Below the pieces are notes generated by a model. That model was not told where the DNA came from. It saw only the letters and a program-made list of their open reading frames with translations, and searched no databases. Source: Octopus bimaculoides (taxonomy: Eukaryota). Taken from it: a stretch of DNA of 33,638 bases. Positions 21,812-33,638 of this stretch are shown in pieces. Position 1 is the stretch's first letter, and every line of letters starts with the position of its first letter. The DNA lies in contig NC_068982.1 of NCBI RefSeq assembly GCF_001194135.2, positions 151,916,670 through 151,950,307 on the forward strand, given 5' to 3'. The position numbers were made by a program, and so were the translations under genes.

Positions 21812-21989
21812 CCTGCCAGCGTCTTCTCAAAACGATAATGACAACCTAGTAATGCACTATTGCTTGACAATCCATTATCAAGTATTCTCGTACAGACATG
21901 TCTTGTTATCTACTGCATTAATTACTGTGTTAATAGTTTTAGAATTGTCAAACTGTTTTAAACCTCATTACATTGCAGTAATGCATCTC

Positions 21990-22200
21990 TTCAACTACAG
22001 TACATAACAAAACATTACATGTCATAACTACACTATACAACTACACTACATGATAGAGTACGTCACAGCTAGGCTACATGACAGGCACTATTGCAGCTAC
22101 ACTACATGCCACAACTACACTAAATAACACAATTATACATGCCACAGCTGGCACAAATACATGCCATAGCAATACAACATAACACAGCTCAGCATGATTA
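21990..22200. repeat. Degenerate minisatellite built from TACATG(T/C)CA(T/C)A(A/G)CTACAC-like ~20-bp units
   Basis: Recurrent TACATG, CTACAC and CACAGCT words. Confidence 0.65.
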
Positions 22201-22477
22201 GAAAGCTGAATCTAATTCCATCTTTACTCGTGTATTTTCTGTATTCTAAAATATTATCAAAAATTGTATTATTAAAATGCAAAACGTAGAACAATAAAAG
22301 AAGCATGTGTTATTAAGAAAATTAAAACAAACTGCATCGATTCTGTTTTTTTTTTTTTTGTGTTTTCCTTTTTTTTTCTTATTGCTAAAGTTTAACAGCA
22401 GGACGCAAAAACCAACTTCAAAAATGACTGTGAAATACAGTCTTCGATATCCTGCTTCAACTGCAGATATTATATAT

Positions 22478-22511
<34 letters not shown>

Positions 22512-22550
22512 CATACATACATACATACATACATACATACATACATACAT

Positions 22551-22585
<35 letters not shown>

Positions 22586-22587
22586 GG
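22478..22587. repeat. Compound tetranucleotide array (AGAT)n(ACAT)n(ACAG)n
   Basis: Read directly; the units change by single substitutions. Confidence 0.97.
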
Positions 22588-23099
22588 CAGATGGGCAGGC
22601 AAGCAGGTAGGAAGGCAGATAGACAGATGCTTCTCGAGCGATTATCAGAAAACCGCCAGGAAGGCTTTGATCCTGCTTGTAACCAGGAATGTTGCAGACC
22701 TTTATATTTACTCTGTTTGCATTCACGAGATTGGGAATTCTTATATGACAGTTTCTTTTAAATTAATATATTCCGCTAAAGCATCGGGTTTAAAGCAAAC
22801 CTTGGCGGTAAATTGAGCTGACGGAAACTATGGAAAAGCTTATCCGGGCTATTGTTTATGTAATTCTGAGGTAGTTATGTCACATATTACATCACGCTTG
22901 GCACGTCTATCTTTGAAATACTCAGACTTAGAACTCTTGATGTTGAAACCTATGCAAGATCGATTTACTTTAAATATCAAGCTTCATTTGCTCTCTCTTT
23001 CTAATTTTGTTTAAACCTTGGTTTCCAATTTCTCGCGACAATTCAAGAGTTGCCTTAATGATGTTCACTAGCATCATTCAAGACCACACCCATGAGAAG

Positions 23100-23230
23100 T
23101 ACAATCGAACAAATCCAAGCACTGGGTTGGTAATTATTCTATCGACTCCAGAAGAATGAAAGGCCAAATTGATCACGACGAAGTTTGAACTCAGAACCGA
23201 AAAGTACAGTACTAAATAGCGCAAGGCATT
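23100..23230 (-). mobile_element. SINE family A-related partial copy
   Basis: TTCTATCGACTCCAGAAGAATGAAAGGCCAAATTGA..TTTGAACTCAGAAC is the reverse complement of the family core. Confidence 0.75.
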
Positions 23231-24216
23231 TAAATATACTAAATAACTCACGTATTTAGTTCTGTTCCCTACTGATTCTGATAGTACATCATCCTTGAAC
23301 TTTAACCTAATGATAAACCAAAATAATATGCCAATAAAGACTTACAATATTTTTCTATCTATACTTATGTCGAGACAAGCTTGACTAACCAAATAAATCT
23401 TAATACTTGCCTGTAAGTTGCCTTTTAATTTCACTTATTTCGCTTTCTTATTCAATTCATGCATTTTATCCAAAACAGTCGAACGATACTTGCATAATTT
23501 ATGCGGATTAGATATAATTAAGAAAAGAAAATCTTATCAATACTCTCTGAAACCGAATATATATACTGGTTCCATAGTTTACTTTCTATTGATTGAATCT
23601 ACATAAATTAGTTTTGGCGTTGATATTAACGTTAAGGTAGATTAGGTCACGTTCTTATACTTCACATCTAGAGGTACATTTAGGGACATTCACACATGAA
23701 AATATTTATGTAAGTGATTTTCTTTACGTTGAATCAGAATTTTTCAAGATATAATTATTAAATCGTTATGAAGAGCGTTATTTTATTATTGACCAGACTT
23801 CTGTAAACATATGAAAGGTTCCTGTAATACTTTATAGCAACAATATGGTAATGACGAGAATCTTGAAGAAAGGAAAGAGAATATCTTAGAATCATATCTT
23901 ATTTATAAGCTAGTTTGACTTACTTTAAGTAAAATTATCATTTCATTGCCACTCAATCTTCTTGAAATTACACTCTATGGTTTTAGGAAAAGGAAGAATG
24001 TGTTTGATAATGTAATCCTAGCATCACTAAATAACAGGATGGTTGCAAGTGGAATAACGTTCGACATAGACCTACTGAATCAGGACTGGCATTACACCCC
24101 ATTGAAACTGAAATACAATTATAAAGTTTATGTTGGATTACCAGTTAAAATGGGATTAAAACCTAAAAAAAATAATCGATAACACTGAATATACATCTGA
24201 ATGGTTTAATATTAAT

Positions 24217-24428
24217 TTCCAAGTTTGGCACAGGGCCAGTAATTTTTAGCGGGGTGGGGAAGTCGCTTACATCGATTCCAGTGCTCAACTGGTATTTATT
24301 TTATCGACCCCGAAAAGCAAAGACGACCTCGGCGTAATTTGAACTCAGGAGGTAAAGACGGTTGAAATACCCCTAAGCATTCTGACTAGCGTTTTAACAA
24401 TTCTGCCAGCTTGCCACTCTGAATGACG
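24217..24428 (-). mobile_element. SINE family A copy 5
   Basis: Reverse-complement consensus (TTTGGCACA..TACATCGA..CAGTGCTCAACTGGTA..TTTTATCGACCCCGAAA..TTTGAACTCAG..TTCTGCCAGCTTGCCAC). Flanked by TAATATTAAT at 24207-24216 and 24429-24438. Confidence 0.9.
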
Positions 24429-24699
24429 TAATATTAATACTCAATAATACGGCTGGTACGTGTATAAGTGGACTTTTCTTTCTGTAAGATTTATTATTTC
24501 TATAAGCTATTCACAGTCGAATTCAAACCGGTTAATATAAAAGTAATCAAACTTCATTTGAGGGATTTGTGAACATGAGAGTGAGAGTTAGCGCGTGCAT
24601 ATCTGTGGCTATATCTATAAATGCACTTGCATTCATGTAATTAGTTCAGTGTAAATGTATATGTTTTGATGTAAGGTTGATGTGTGCGCATACACACAC

Positions 24700-24757
<58 letters not shown>

Positions 24758-25589
24758 NNNNNNNNNNNNNNNNNNNNNNNNNNNNNNNNNNNNNNNNNNN
24801 NNNNNNNNNNNNNNNNNNNNNNNNNNNNNNNNNNNNNNNNNNNNNNNNNNNNNNNNNNNNNNNNNNNNNNNNNNNNNNNNNNNNNNNNNNNNNNNNNNNN
24901 NNNNNNNNNNNNNNNNNNNNNNNNNNNNNNNNNNNNNNNNNNNNNNNNNNNNNNNNNNNNNNNNNNNNNNNNNNNNNNNNNNNNNNNNNNNNNNNNNNNN
25001 NNNNNNNNNNNTATATATACATACATGGATGTAGATGTTTTATTTTTATCTTTTATAATACATTTCATTCTTCATTCCGATAAAAAGTTAGCTTGTTAGA
25101 AAGGAACAAGGTCCCATCACTAGAATTTAGGTAACAGAAACAGTGTAGTGTGACATGCTAAACGTTTGAAAATTATTGCAAATTTTTCACTATTTCCTTT
25201 ATATATTGTATTTGCAAAGTCCGCGTTAGCGTGTAACTGCTAGTTGTTGCACGCGCGTTTGTGTGTGTGTGTGTGTGGGGGGGGTCGTGCGAGTGTGAGA
25301 GAGAAAGAGAGAGAGAGAGAGAGATATAGAGAATTCCAGCTTCATTAGGTTGTCACTTTAAATTACTCAAATCCAAATGCACCTACAATTATACGTATAA
25401 AAGTGAATATTTAATCAGGGTAGCGAAGGTGTAGATTTAAAAAAAGCTATCGGTAATATTGTTTTTCTCACTGATTTAAAAAAATATATTAATATCAGCA
25501 GAGAATGTTCCACCAATATTTCTTGTGCTTAATCGTAAGTATATATTCAAAAATAGAACTATTTATAAAATTTATCCCGGTGCAGTTTT

Positions 25590-25818
25590 GTTTGTATGAA
25601 TGTGTGTATGTATGTATGTATGTATGTATGTGTGTATGTATGCATGCATGTATGTATGTATGTATGTATGTATGTATGTATGTATGCATGTATGCATGTA
25701 TGTATGTATGTATGTATGCATGTATGTATTTATGTATGTACGTACGTACGTACGTACGTATGTATGTATGTATGTATGTATGTGTGTATGTATGTATGTA
25801 TGTATGTGTGTATGTATG
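25590..25818. repeat. (TATG)n array with CATG, TACG and TGTG variants
   Basis: Read directly; all ORFs here are artefacts. Confidence 0.97.
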
Positions 25819-25829
25819 TTCTCTTTTGT

Positions 25830-27420
25830 TTTTAATTATTTAAATTCTTCTTCTGAGGAAGGATCTGGTTTTTAATATAGACACAAAGCTCCATCGTTGA
25901 AATGTAAGTAACGAAAACGATGTCACATTTTAAACTTGAGAAAAGTCTTGTCCATTTTTACTATTTCACTTACAGATTGTGTTTGTAATTTGCGAGTTGG
26001 TTGATTTCTTTTTCTGAAAACCCGAGCTTATCCAGAATGTCAGATAGACATTTACTTACAAAACTAAGTGCACCAATTATCATTGATATAAATCTAAATT
26101 TCTAATCCGGGTATAGAAGCTGTTATCCTCTGTCTCTTTGATTTTGGCAGAATATTCTCGAGTCACTCTTTTCACAACACCTTTATATGATACGTTTCAA
26201 TGCCTAGATACTTGTAGCATTCTTTGTATGGGTTAGGAAAGATAGTGAGACCACTGATTCACAGGTATGGGGTCTGAGTGATGGATTTTCCTTGTTCAAC
26301 AAATATGAACATTTCTTTTGGCCAAATTCTATTCTTATGTCAGCTGAAAATGTTGTAAATAATTCCAGCCTGTCTTTTGTTTTTTTGTTTGTTTTGGTTT
26401 TTGTTTTGGCATTGTTAACATTTTTAGCATAAATCTTGAGGTCATCCAAAGAGATTATGGGTTACATTAATATATCTAGCAGCTGCAGAACATAGCTTAT
26501 AGCCATTTGATTTTTATAACAGGGATGATAATGGATTTAATGACAAAATGAACAGAATTACAGAGACTATCTCCTTGGGATATTCTCTTTGAAATACTTA
26601 TAACATTGGAAACGTCATTTCGCTCTCAGTTCGAAGTGTAAAAATTGTTGTCCAGATCGTTGTGAGTCTCTCAATGGCAGCATTTAATATAGCAGGCACT
26701 TTTGCCAAATGGAAACACTTCAGCAGCCATGAGTGAGGAATAGAGTCAAAAGTCTTCCTGTAATCAAGTCAAACTCCTACCAGTTTTTCTACTTCAGGCA
26801 GTACAACTTCATTTGTCGAAAGTTGTTCGGCACATCCACACAATCCCTTCTTTCCACTGGCCTGCTGATCAATCACTATGTTGTTGGACTCACAATGATC
26901 CTGGAAGAATTGGTTGAGGCAGCTCGTGTACAGTTTGTACATGATGATTAGGCAAGCAATGGGTCTATAGTTTTCAGCCAATTCGTACTGTGGCAAACCA
27001 GTTTGGTATGTCAATCTGGCCTTCCATAGTTCTTCTGAATATACATATTAGTAGTTTCCTGTAAACTGTCGGCCTCTTGTACCAATATCCAGCTATTATG
27101 TTCCTTTCAGGTGCTTTCTCATTATACAGTTTGTCTACAGCTGTGGTGAAAGTTTCCATGTCAATTGCATATGCTTTACTGTTGGTGTTAGTACAGTATT
27201 TCCCCCTCACTGTATTTAGCCACGATGCATTAAGGTTGACACCCTCTTTTCGTTCCAGATTTTCAACCAGAATGATTCGAGACCTTCTTGAAAGGTTCCT
27301 TTCTTAACGATAATATTTTCCTTCCTCATCTCTCCGTATAATATCGTTTGCTATCCAAATGATGCATTTTTGTTTATGCTTGCAAACTTCAGCGAAATAC
27401 TTGCTTACTGTTTCTTTCTA
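25830..27420 (-). mobile_element. R4/Dong-type non-LTR retrotransposon relic, 5' truncated, with a large RT-to-endonuclease deletion and a retained 3' end
   Basis: Ordered motifs: KAP..IAGYWYK, NYRPIACL..MYKLYTSCL, LDYRKTFDSIPHSWL (~26725-26770), ISQGDSL (~26562-26583), DDLKIYAK (~26423-26446), EFGQKKC, YKYLGI, RVTREY. These are followed directly by the C-terminal endonuclease end LLYPD*KFRFISMIIGAL..LDKLGF..TFLKFKM* (stop 25923-25925). Confidence 0.92.
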
Positions 27421-27504
27421 CTACAGATATATGTATGTATGCATTTAAGTATTTATTTTAGTATATTAGTGTGTATGTACCGACACATTTATGTTAGTTT
27501 ATAT

Positions 27505-27553
27505 TTTGTGTGTGAGTATGTGTGTATATGTGTGTGTGTGCGCGCGCGCGTGT

Positions 27554-27609
<56 letters not shown>
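27505..27609. repeat. (TG)n(CG)n(TA)n microsatellite at a gap edge
   Basis: Read directly from sequence. Confidence 0.95.
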
Positions 27610-30600
27610 NNNNNNNNNNNNNNNNNNNNNNNNNNNNNNNNNNNNNNNNNNNNNNNNNNNNNNNNNNNNNNNNNNNNNNNNNNNNNNNNNNNNNNNNNNN
27701 NNNNNNNNNNNNNNNNNNNNNNNNNNNNNNNNNNNNNNNNNNNNNNNNNNNNNNNNNNNNNNNNNNNNNNNNNNNNNNNNNNNNNNNNNNNNNNNNNNNN
27801 NNNNNNNNNNNNNNNNNNNNNNNNNNNNNNNNNNNNNNNNNNNNNNNNNNNNNNNNNNNNNNNNNNNNNNNNNNNNNNNNNNNNNNNNNNNNNNNNNNNN
27901 NNNNNNNNNNNNNNNNNNNNNNNNNNNNNNNNNNNNNNNNNNNNNNNNNNNNNNNNNNNNNNNNNNNNNNNNNNNNNNNNNNNNNNNNNNNNNNNNNNNN
28001 NNNNNNNNNNNNNNNNNNNNNNNTATATATATATGCACATACATACATACACGTACGTACACACACATATACATATGTGATTATGTGCGCGTGTGTATCT
28101 ATGTAAGTATGTATGCATATATAACACTTGAGATTTATTTTAAACCATACTGAATTTTATCTACTTAAGGAACTTTTCCTGGAATATCTACTTTATTTTG
28201 CAGGAAAGTCAATATTGTTTATCTAGCTAGTGAGGTATTATTTTCCGATACTAGAGAATCTACTCTTAAATCTAATTAACAAAACCAATGTCTTTTAGAT
28301 CCTTGCAAAACGACGCACTTACACAGATTAGTCATGTCATACAGCTAATAATTTCTTTAATTTCTACAGTCATTATATGTTATTAGACTTTTCTCAGTAG
28401 AAATTTGAAATCTACTACAGTTCAGACATTTTATCACATAAAATATGTTACCTACCAAAATTCTTAGACTATTCAGTCTCATCTCTTCCAATTTATACCT
28501 TACTTTCAGTTATTTCGGATTCTATATATGTCTGTATATAATAAATAACTGTGATATACTGTGTTTTTCAATCGATTACATCTATCGTTTGCTAGAATTA
28601 CCCTTGTCCAAAAATGTGTCAATAATTCTCTAAATTGTTAATCAATCTTGTGTGAGCTCAGTTGATTATTTGAATAAATACTTAGTAGGGGACGGAAATA
28701 TCTTCCCAACGATGATAATAGAGTGTTTTCAGCTATGACAATTCTTTCGGAGACATTTTATTTGTGTAGATGTAAGATATTGATTCTATATACATTTATA
28801 GAGCCGATAGAATTGTTCATTTTCATAGGCAAATTTATTGATTTCTTTCCACGTACATTTTAGTGTTGTCAGAATTGTTACGTTGAATAGGCAAATCTAA
28901 AAGAAGTAACTGATATTTTCATTTAAGTACAAGCAAATAGTTGGCATAAATAGTAGTTACCAGATAAAAAGAAAAATTTATTTTGTTTTCTTACTCCTTA
29001 TTTTCAAATACTACTCTGGTCAACTTTTAATTTAGCCTCTGCAATCGATATAATAACTACCTGTAATATCCTGAGGATGATTTGTTGTTCCCTCTTTTAT
29101 CAATTCTTGTTTCTAAGAAATCAATGTTTAAAATTGAGTAAAAAGCTTTAGGCAAATAAATCTGTCTTGTAGTGGAAAACGAAATCAGTCATGGTGAAGG
29201 TATGTCACCCAGATACTCCCTCTAAGAAACTGAAAATCTGATATTACATTAATTTGGTTCTTCGATTTTACGCAGTAAATAACTTATTGATTTAAATTTC
29301 TGAGAAGAGATGATTTTAAAATGTGAATATAAGTTAAATTATGTAAGAAATTCAATGTTATTTCTCAGTGTATTTTTCGTTGAATATTCAGGTAATTGTG
29401 TACATTTAGTTTTGTTCAAGTAGACACTCATTAAAAGTTCTGAAGACGTTCAATGTTTAACAATCTTGTTCGGACTTATACTTGTAAGTCGTATTATTTT
29501 TAAACTTTCTTTATGAGAGGAAGAGTATCAATTTTCATGGTTATTGCGCGCTCTCACAGACTGTACAGTTTGAACCGACCTAGGCAGAGAAGAATTTCAG
29601 TAAAATGAGGTTCTAAGAAATATATTATTAGTAAACTATTTGCCATGAGAACTGATGGCGGTCATATAACAAGAGTGATAAAAGGAAAGGAGATGAGTGT
29701 GTTAAGAAGAGGTAAGAAACAGCAAATGGGCGTGGAGACAAGAAACGGTGAACCTGTGATCCAGTAATTTGAGTGTGTTGCTTACATCATTAAATCATAA
29801 AGGAAGAGTCTGAGACATATCTTCATCTTGAAATGCACTAAAATTTTTAGAATTTAGATCCGAAATGACTTATCTGCGTTGCGATTTGGCAGATCTCAAT
29901 TTAAATTTCCTATCCAAGAGGAGGAGAACGATATAATATAGTGTTTCCATAGATTGTGACTGAGATACTGAAAAGTGTGTTTCCATATATTTGGATTGAG
30001 ACGCACTGGGTTGTTGTTAGACATCTACTTTAGCATAATAAAAGGGTGAGGAAAAAAACTTAAGCGTTTTCTTTTGCCTAGCAAGCAAGGGAAACAATTA
30101 CAAACATTCACGTATTATCAGCCGTCGTTAACGGAAATAGAGCCTTAACCATAACTTACTGGATCATAATAAAATCTTGTTTGTGGTGTTATATTATTAT
30201 GAATAACCTCGGACAACACTGGACAATACCTACCTAAATTTTATGTCACTTTTAAGTGACACCGGGACATATTTGGTAATTAAATTATAGAGAGAAACTG
30301 ACCGCAAGTTTTACTGTTTCTCATATTTTCGATATCAAACATAAATACAATGCAGTTAAATACGGTTAACGAAATTAACGAAGGCGTCTGAAATCTATTC
30401 ACACATAAACACGCATATACCCACATATATACATACACACGCACACTGACGATGTTTACCATTTAGTTCATGAGAATACGTATCATTTTGCTCAGGCGAT
30501 GTATTTTGACATTGTTTTACATTGTGCAACTGTCAATTCGTGATTTATTGTGTCGATGCCCAGAGAAATTCCTTTATTTTCTGCAGAATCTTTGTTTGTT

Positions 30601-31271
30601 TTTGTATTTACATAGATAAGCCTCGAAATCTGTAGATATCTGGCCAGTGTAAACATTGTAAGAAAATCTTCAGGTTTTACTCGCCATTTGTATTTGTATT
30701 TCGCCATTTTGTATTTGTAAAATACCTTTATGACATCAGCATTAATAAGTATTGAACTTTTGAACATCTATACCAGGCATGAGCAACGGTTTTCGAGAAG
30801 GCAGCCGCATAAGACATTACTCACCATCAGGCAGGCTGCACTACTAAATAATTCAAGGTAATTTTTCGTTAGTCGTGCCGTTCAGAAAGTTTCGCGGACC
30901 GTAATTTGCCGGTGACTGAATACACAGGCACGGAATAACACAGTGACACATACATACATGGTAGCCAACTACTCACTATTGAGTATGACCACTTTTTGCG
31001 CTCCCTTCTTCTTTCCTGTCAAGATACTGTGCTTTCCTACCATGGGCACTCACAATGAGAAAGTCATACACTAGTATGGCATGGCCAAGTCTTCACCTTT
31101 CAGACACTGACGGAATGTCAGCATACATACATACATACGTACGTACATGTGTGTGCGTGTGTTAAATGAAAGACGGAAATGGAGTATACGAGAATTTTTA
31201 TTAATCACAATTGTTTCGACACATCTAGCATCGATTCCTTACAGGTGGGACACTTAACTGGTTCAAAAGCA

Positions 31272-31310
<39 letters not shown>

Positions 31311-31664
31311 NNNNNNNNNNNNNNNNNNNNNNNNNNNNNNNNNNNNNNNNNNNNNNNNNNNNNNNNNNNNNNNNNNNNNNNNNNNNNNNNNNNNNNNNNN
31401 NNNNNNNNNNNNNNNNNNNNNNNNNNNNNNNNNNNNNNNNNNNNNNNNNNNNNNNNNNNNNNNNNNNNNNNNNNNNNNNNNNNNNNNNNNNNNNNNNNNN
31501 NNNNNNNNNNNNNNNNNNNNTATATATATATATAGACTTATACACACACACACATTTATACACAAATACATTTATACTTACATATATACACACACACATG
31601 CATGCATTCAAATATTGATGCTTATATATGCGCTTGCGCATTACATGACATTTAGACAGAGCCA

Positions 31665-31970
31665 ACTAAGTAGCATTTATGGGACCTGCCAGATATAGCA
31701 CTGAAATCTCCATGAAGTTACAGCCTAGTATAATGAAAGAAGAGAGATACATTACAAATTGTTCGAATGAAAGATAGTATAGCGAGGCTGGATCCGTGTG
31801 ATCCGGAGCTGAACAAGAAAAACAAGGGAGTATATATTGGATAATGTGTGTCATAACACGCTGTCTGAACAAAAGACGGAATAGTCATGGCTAGGATATC
31901 TTTGATGGCAGGCCTGCTCTATAAGGATTAAGCAACAAACATAAGTTTGGATAATGTGTCCTTTACACAT
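31665..31970 (+). mobile_element. Nested fragments of SINE-like family C
   Basis: TTGGATAATGTGT occurs twice (~31838, ~31947), along with AAAAGACGGAATAGTCATGGCT..TCTTTGAT and a GAGCTGAACAAG tail. Another tail fragment lies at 32310-32375. Confidence 0.5.
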
Positions 31971-32599
31971 TGTCTCTCTCTCTCTAAATAAAAGAGAAAT
32001 GGCCCGGTTATAATGCATTTGATTATAGATATACACGTTTAGGGCTGACGTAGGGTTAAACAAAATAAACGATAAGGAAGTTCACGTTGAATAATTTACC
32101 ATATTTTTGGGAAGAGCACGCGGAACAACAGCCCTTGATACATTATTGTTAAACAGAAAGTAGCATGATTACGATGAAAATCTCTGATTATAAGTTTGCC
32201 CGGTCAGAGTTGACGGAAGCTAAATAACAAAGACAAATGATGCTATAAACAACGCAGGCCTTGACATACTGTGATACACTCTGAAAGAAAAAGGTGGTCG
32301 CGTCTGAAATGTATATGATTATGGGTCTGTTTGATCGATATTGACCATGGGCTAAACAACACCAACACCCAAACAAGCATATCCAGTGATTTTCTAATGT
32401 TTTTTCAGACATGTTTATGGTTTTAAAATGTTCTGTAGATTCTTTAGAAATGTTTTATTGATTACAGGCATTAAAAATATATAAAAATAAAAATGAAGAC
32501 ATGTCTTAGACGAGATGACTTCGCCAGATATTGCTGATTTCACACAATCTAATTATGCATTTATACATTTGGGTGTGAAGGTAGACGAGAAATCTAGTT

Positions 32600-32600
<1 letters not shown>

Positions 32601-32698
<98 letters not shown>

Positions 32699-32875
32699 TG
32701 TGTGTGTGTTCACACAGAGACGTGTGTGTAACATATACATATATGTATATATGTATATGCACACACACATACACACATATATGTATGCATGTATATACAT
32801 ATACATGCATATATGTGTGTGTGTGTTTGTGTGTGTGTGTGTAGATGCTTTACATGCATGCACACACACACAAAC
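32601..32875. repeat. (TA)n(TG)n compound microsatellite array
   Basis: Read directly from sequence. Confidence 0.95.
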
Positions 32876-33320
32876 ATATACAGTGTTAAACAAAATAGAC
32901 AAACGTTCCGAGAATATTCTAGCATAACATAACACCTTGATATAAAAATATAGAGAATTGTAGAAGAGAGTTAAGGGTGATGTATGAGGAGGGTGGAACA
33001 ATAGATGATATAACATTTCCTGGAACGCCTTTCTATATAACACAGCTAATTGTCTATCAACTAACAATGCTAATAATACTAATCGATTAATAAGTTAACT
33101 AAATATCTATTGATTATTTAGTATTTTGTTTTGGCTCAGTAGCGTTTTTTTTTTCTGATAAAATTATTATTAGCAAGTAAAAAACACTAATACACGCACA
33201 CTCATAATTACTTATAAACATACACATCTACTTATAATTACTTACAAACATACACATACACTCACATATCCAGTCCTATTGCTGTTGCTTATTTTTGTCA
33301 TCATCATCACCACCATGCTC

Positions 33321-33382
<62 letters not shown>
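33321..33382. repeat. (AAT)n microsatellite
   Basis: Read directly from sequence. Confidence 0.97.
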
Positions 33383-33384
<2 letters not shown>

Positions 33385-33395
33385 GAATAATAACA

Positions 33396-33638
33396 CTTTT
33401 AACAGAATTGCTAAATAGAACTGGATGCGGTTACAAATGCTATGGAAAAACAGTCAGCCACCTTCTATATATGGATGACCTAAAATTATATGCAAAAAAC
33501 GACAAAGAGCTAGAAACACTACTACAGACAGTACACGGCTTTACCAAGGAAATAGAAATGAAATTCGGATTAGAAAAATGTGCCAAAGCAACCCTGAAAA
33601 GAGGAAAATTAGTTAAAAGTAGCAATATAACACTAGAT
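33396..33638 (+). mobile_element. Young 5'-truncated R4/Dong-type non-LTR element; open RT frame runs off the window
   Basis: 33399-33638 is 80 stop-free codons: LTELLNRTGCGYKCYGKTVSHLLYMDDLKLYAKNDKELETLLQTVHGFTKEIEMKFGLEKCAKATLKRGKLVKSSNITLD, with an intact YMDD. The ORF track missed it because it has no early ATG and no stop in the window. Confidence 0.93.

Noticed and set aside
30492-30767. 91-aa minus-strand ORF
   Set aside because: No recognisable motif or clear splice signals, and the length is within chance range.
30869-30900. Mariner-like TIR (GCCGTTCAGAAAGTTTCGCG)
   Set aside because: The resemblance is from memory only; there is no partner TIR or transposase relic in the window.
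31980-32360. TGACGT, TAAT and ATCGAT motifs as an enhancer
   Set aside because: Flanking and overlapping sequence is largely SINE C debris, and the motifs are short and expected by chance.
2758-33067. Dozens of track ORFs rich in YI/CV/HT/X repeats (e.g. 10095..10427, 24677..25099, 27370..28080, 32594..33067)
   Set aside because: They are translations of microsatellites or N-gaps, not genes.
1-33638. CRISPR array, rRNA, tRNA or prokaryotic operon
   Set aside because: There are no regularly spaced repeats with unique spacers and no such genes. The tRNA-like boxes belong to SINE heads.

Overview
This is eukaryotic, AT-rich, repeat-dense draft-assembly DNA with five N-gaps. It is most consistent with a cephalopod (Octopus-like) intronic or intergenic region; the taxon is inferred from remembered SINE consensus sequences, microsatellite density and the transposon mix. 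I recognise no host protein-coding gene, RNA gene, CRISPR array or prokaryotic feature. Most supplied ORFs are microsatellite or N-gap artefacts. The supportable content is: (1) an internally deleted Penelope-like element plus a second 155-bp copy sharing the same deletion junction; (2) three R4/Dong-type non-LTR RT relics of different ages, the youngest an open frame next to an (AAT)n tract at the window edge; (3) a deleted Helitron with a 3' hairpin-CTAG end, a PIF1 helicase remnant, a 380-bp inverted duplication and a 45-bp templated patch in the helicase; (4) a hAT MITE with TIRs and an 8-bp TSD; (5) three SINE families; (6) a degenerate type I hammerhead-like motif at a probable second Penelope 3' end; (7) an unexplained 206-bp direct repeat pair; (8) a weak chain of possible + strand exons. 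I found no convincing new biological system. The most interesting signals are rearrangement footprints inside mobile elements.
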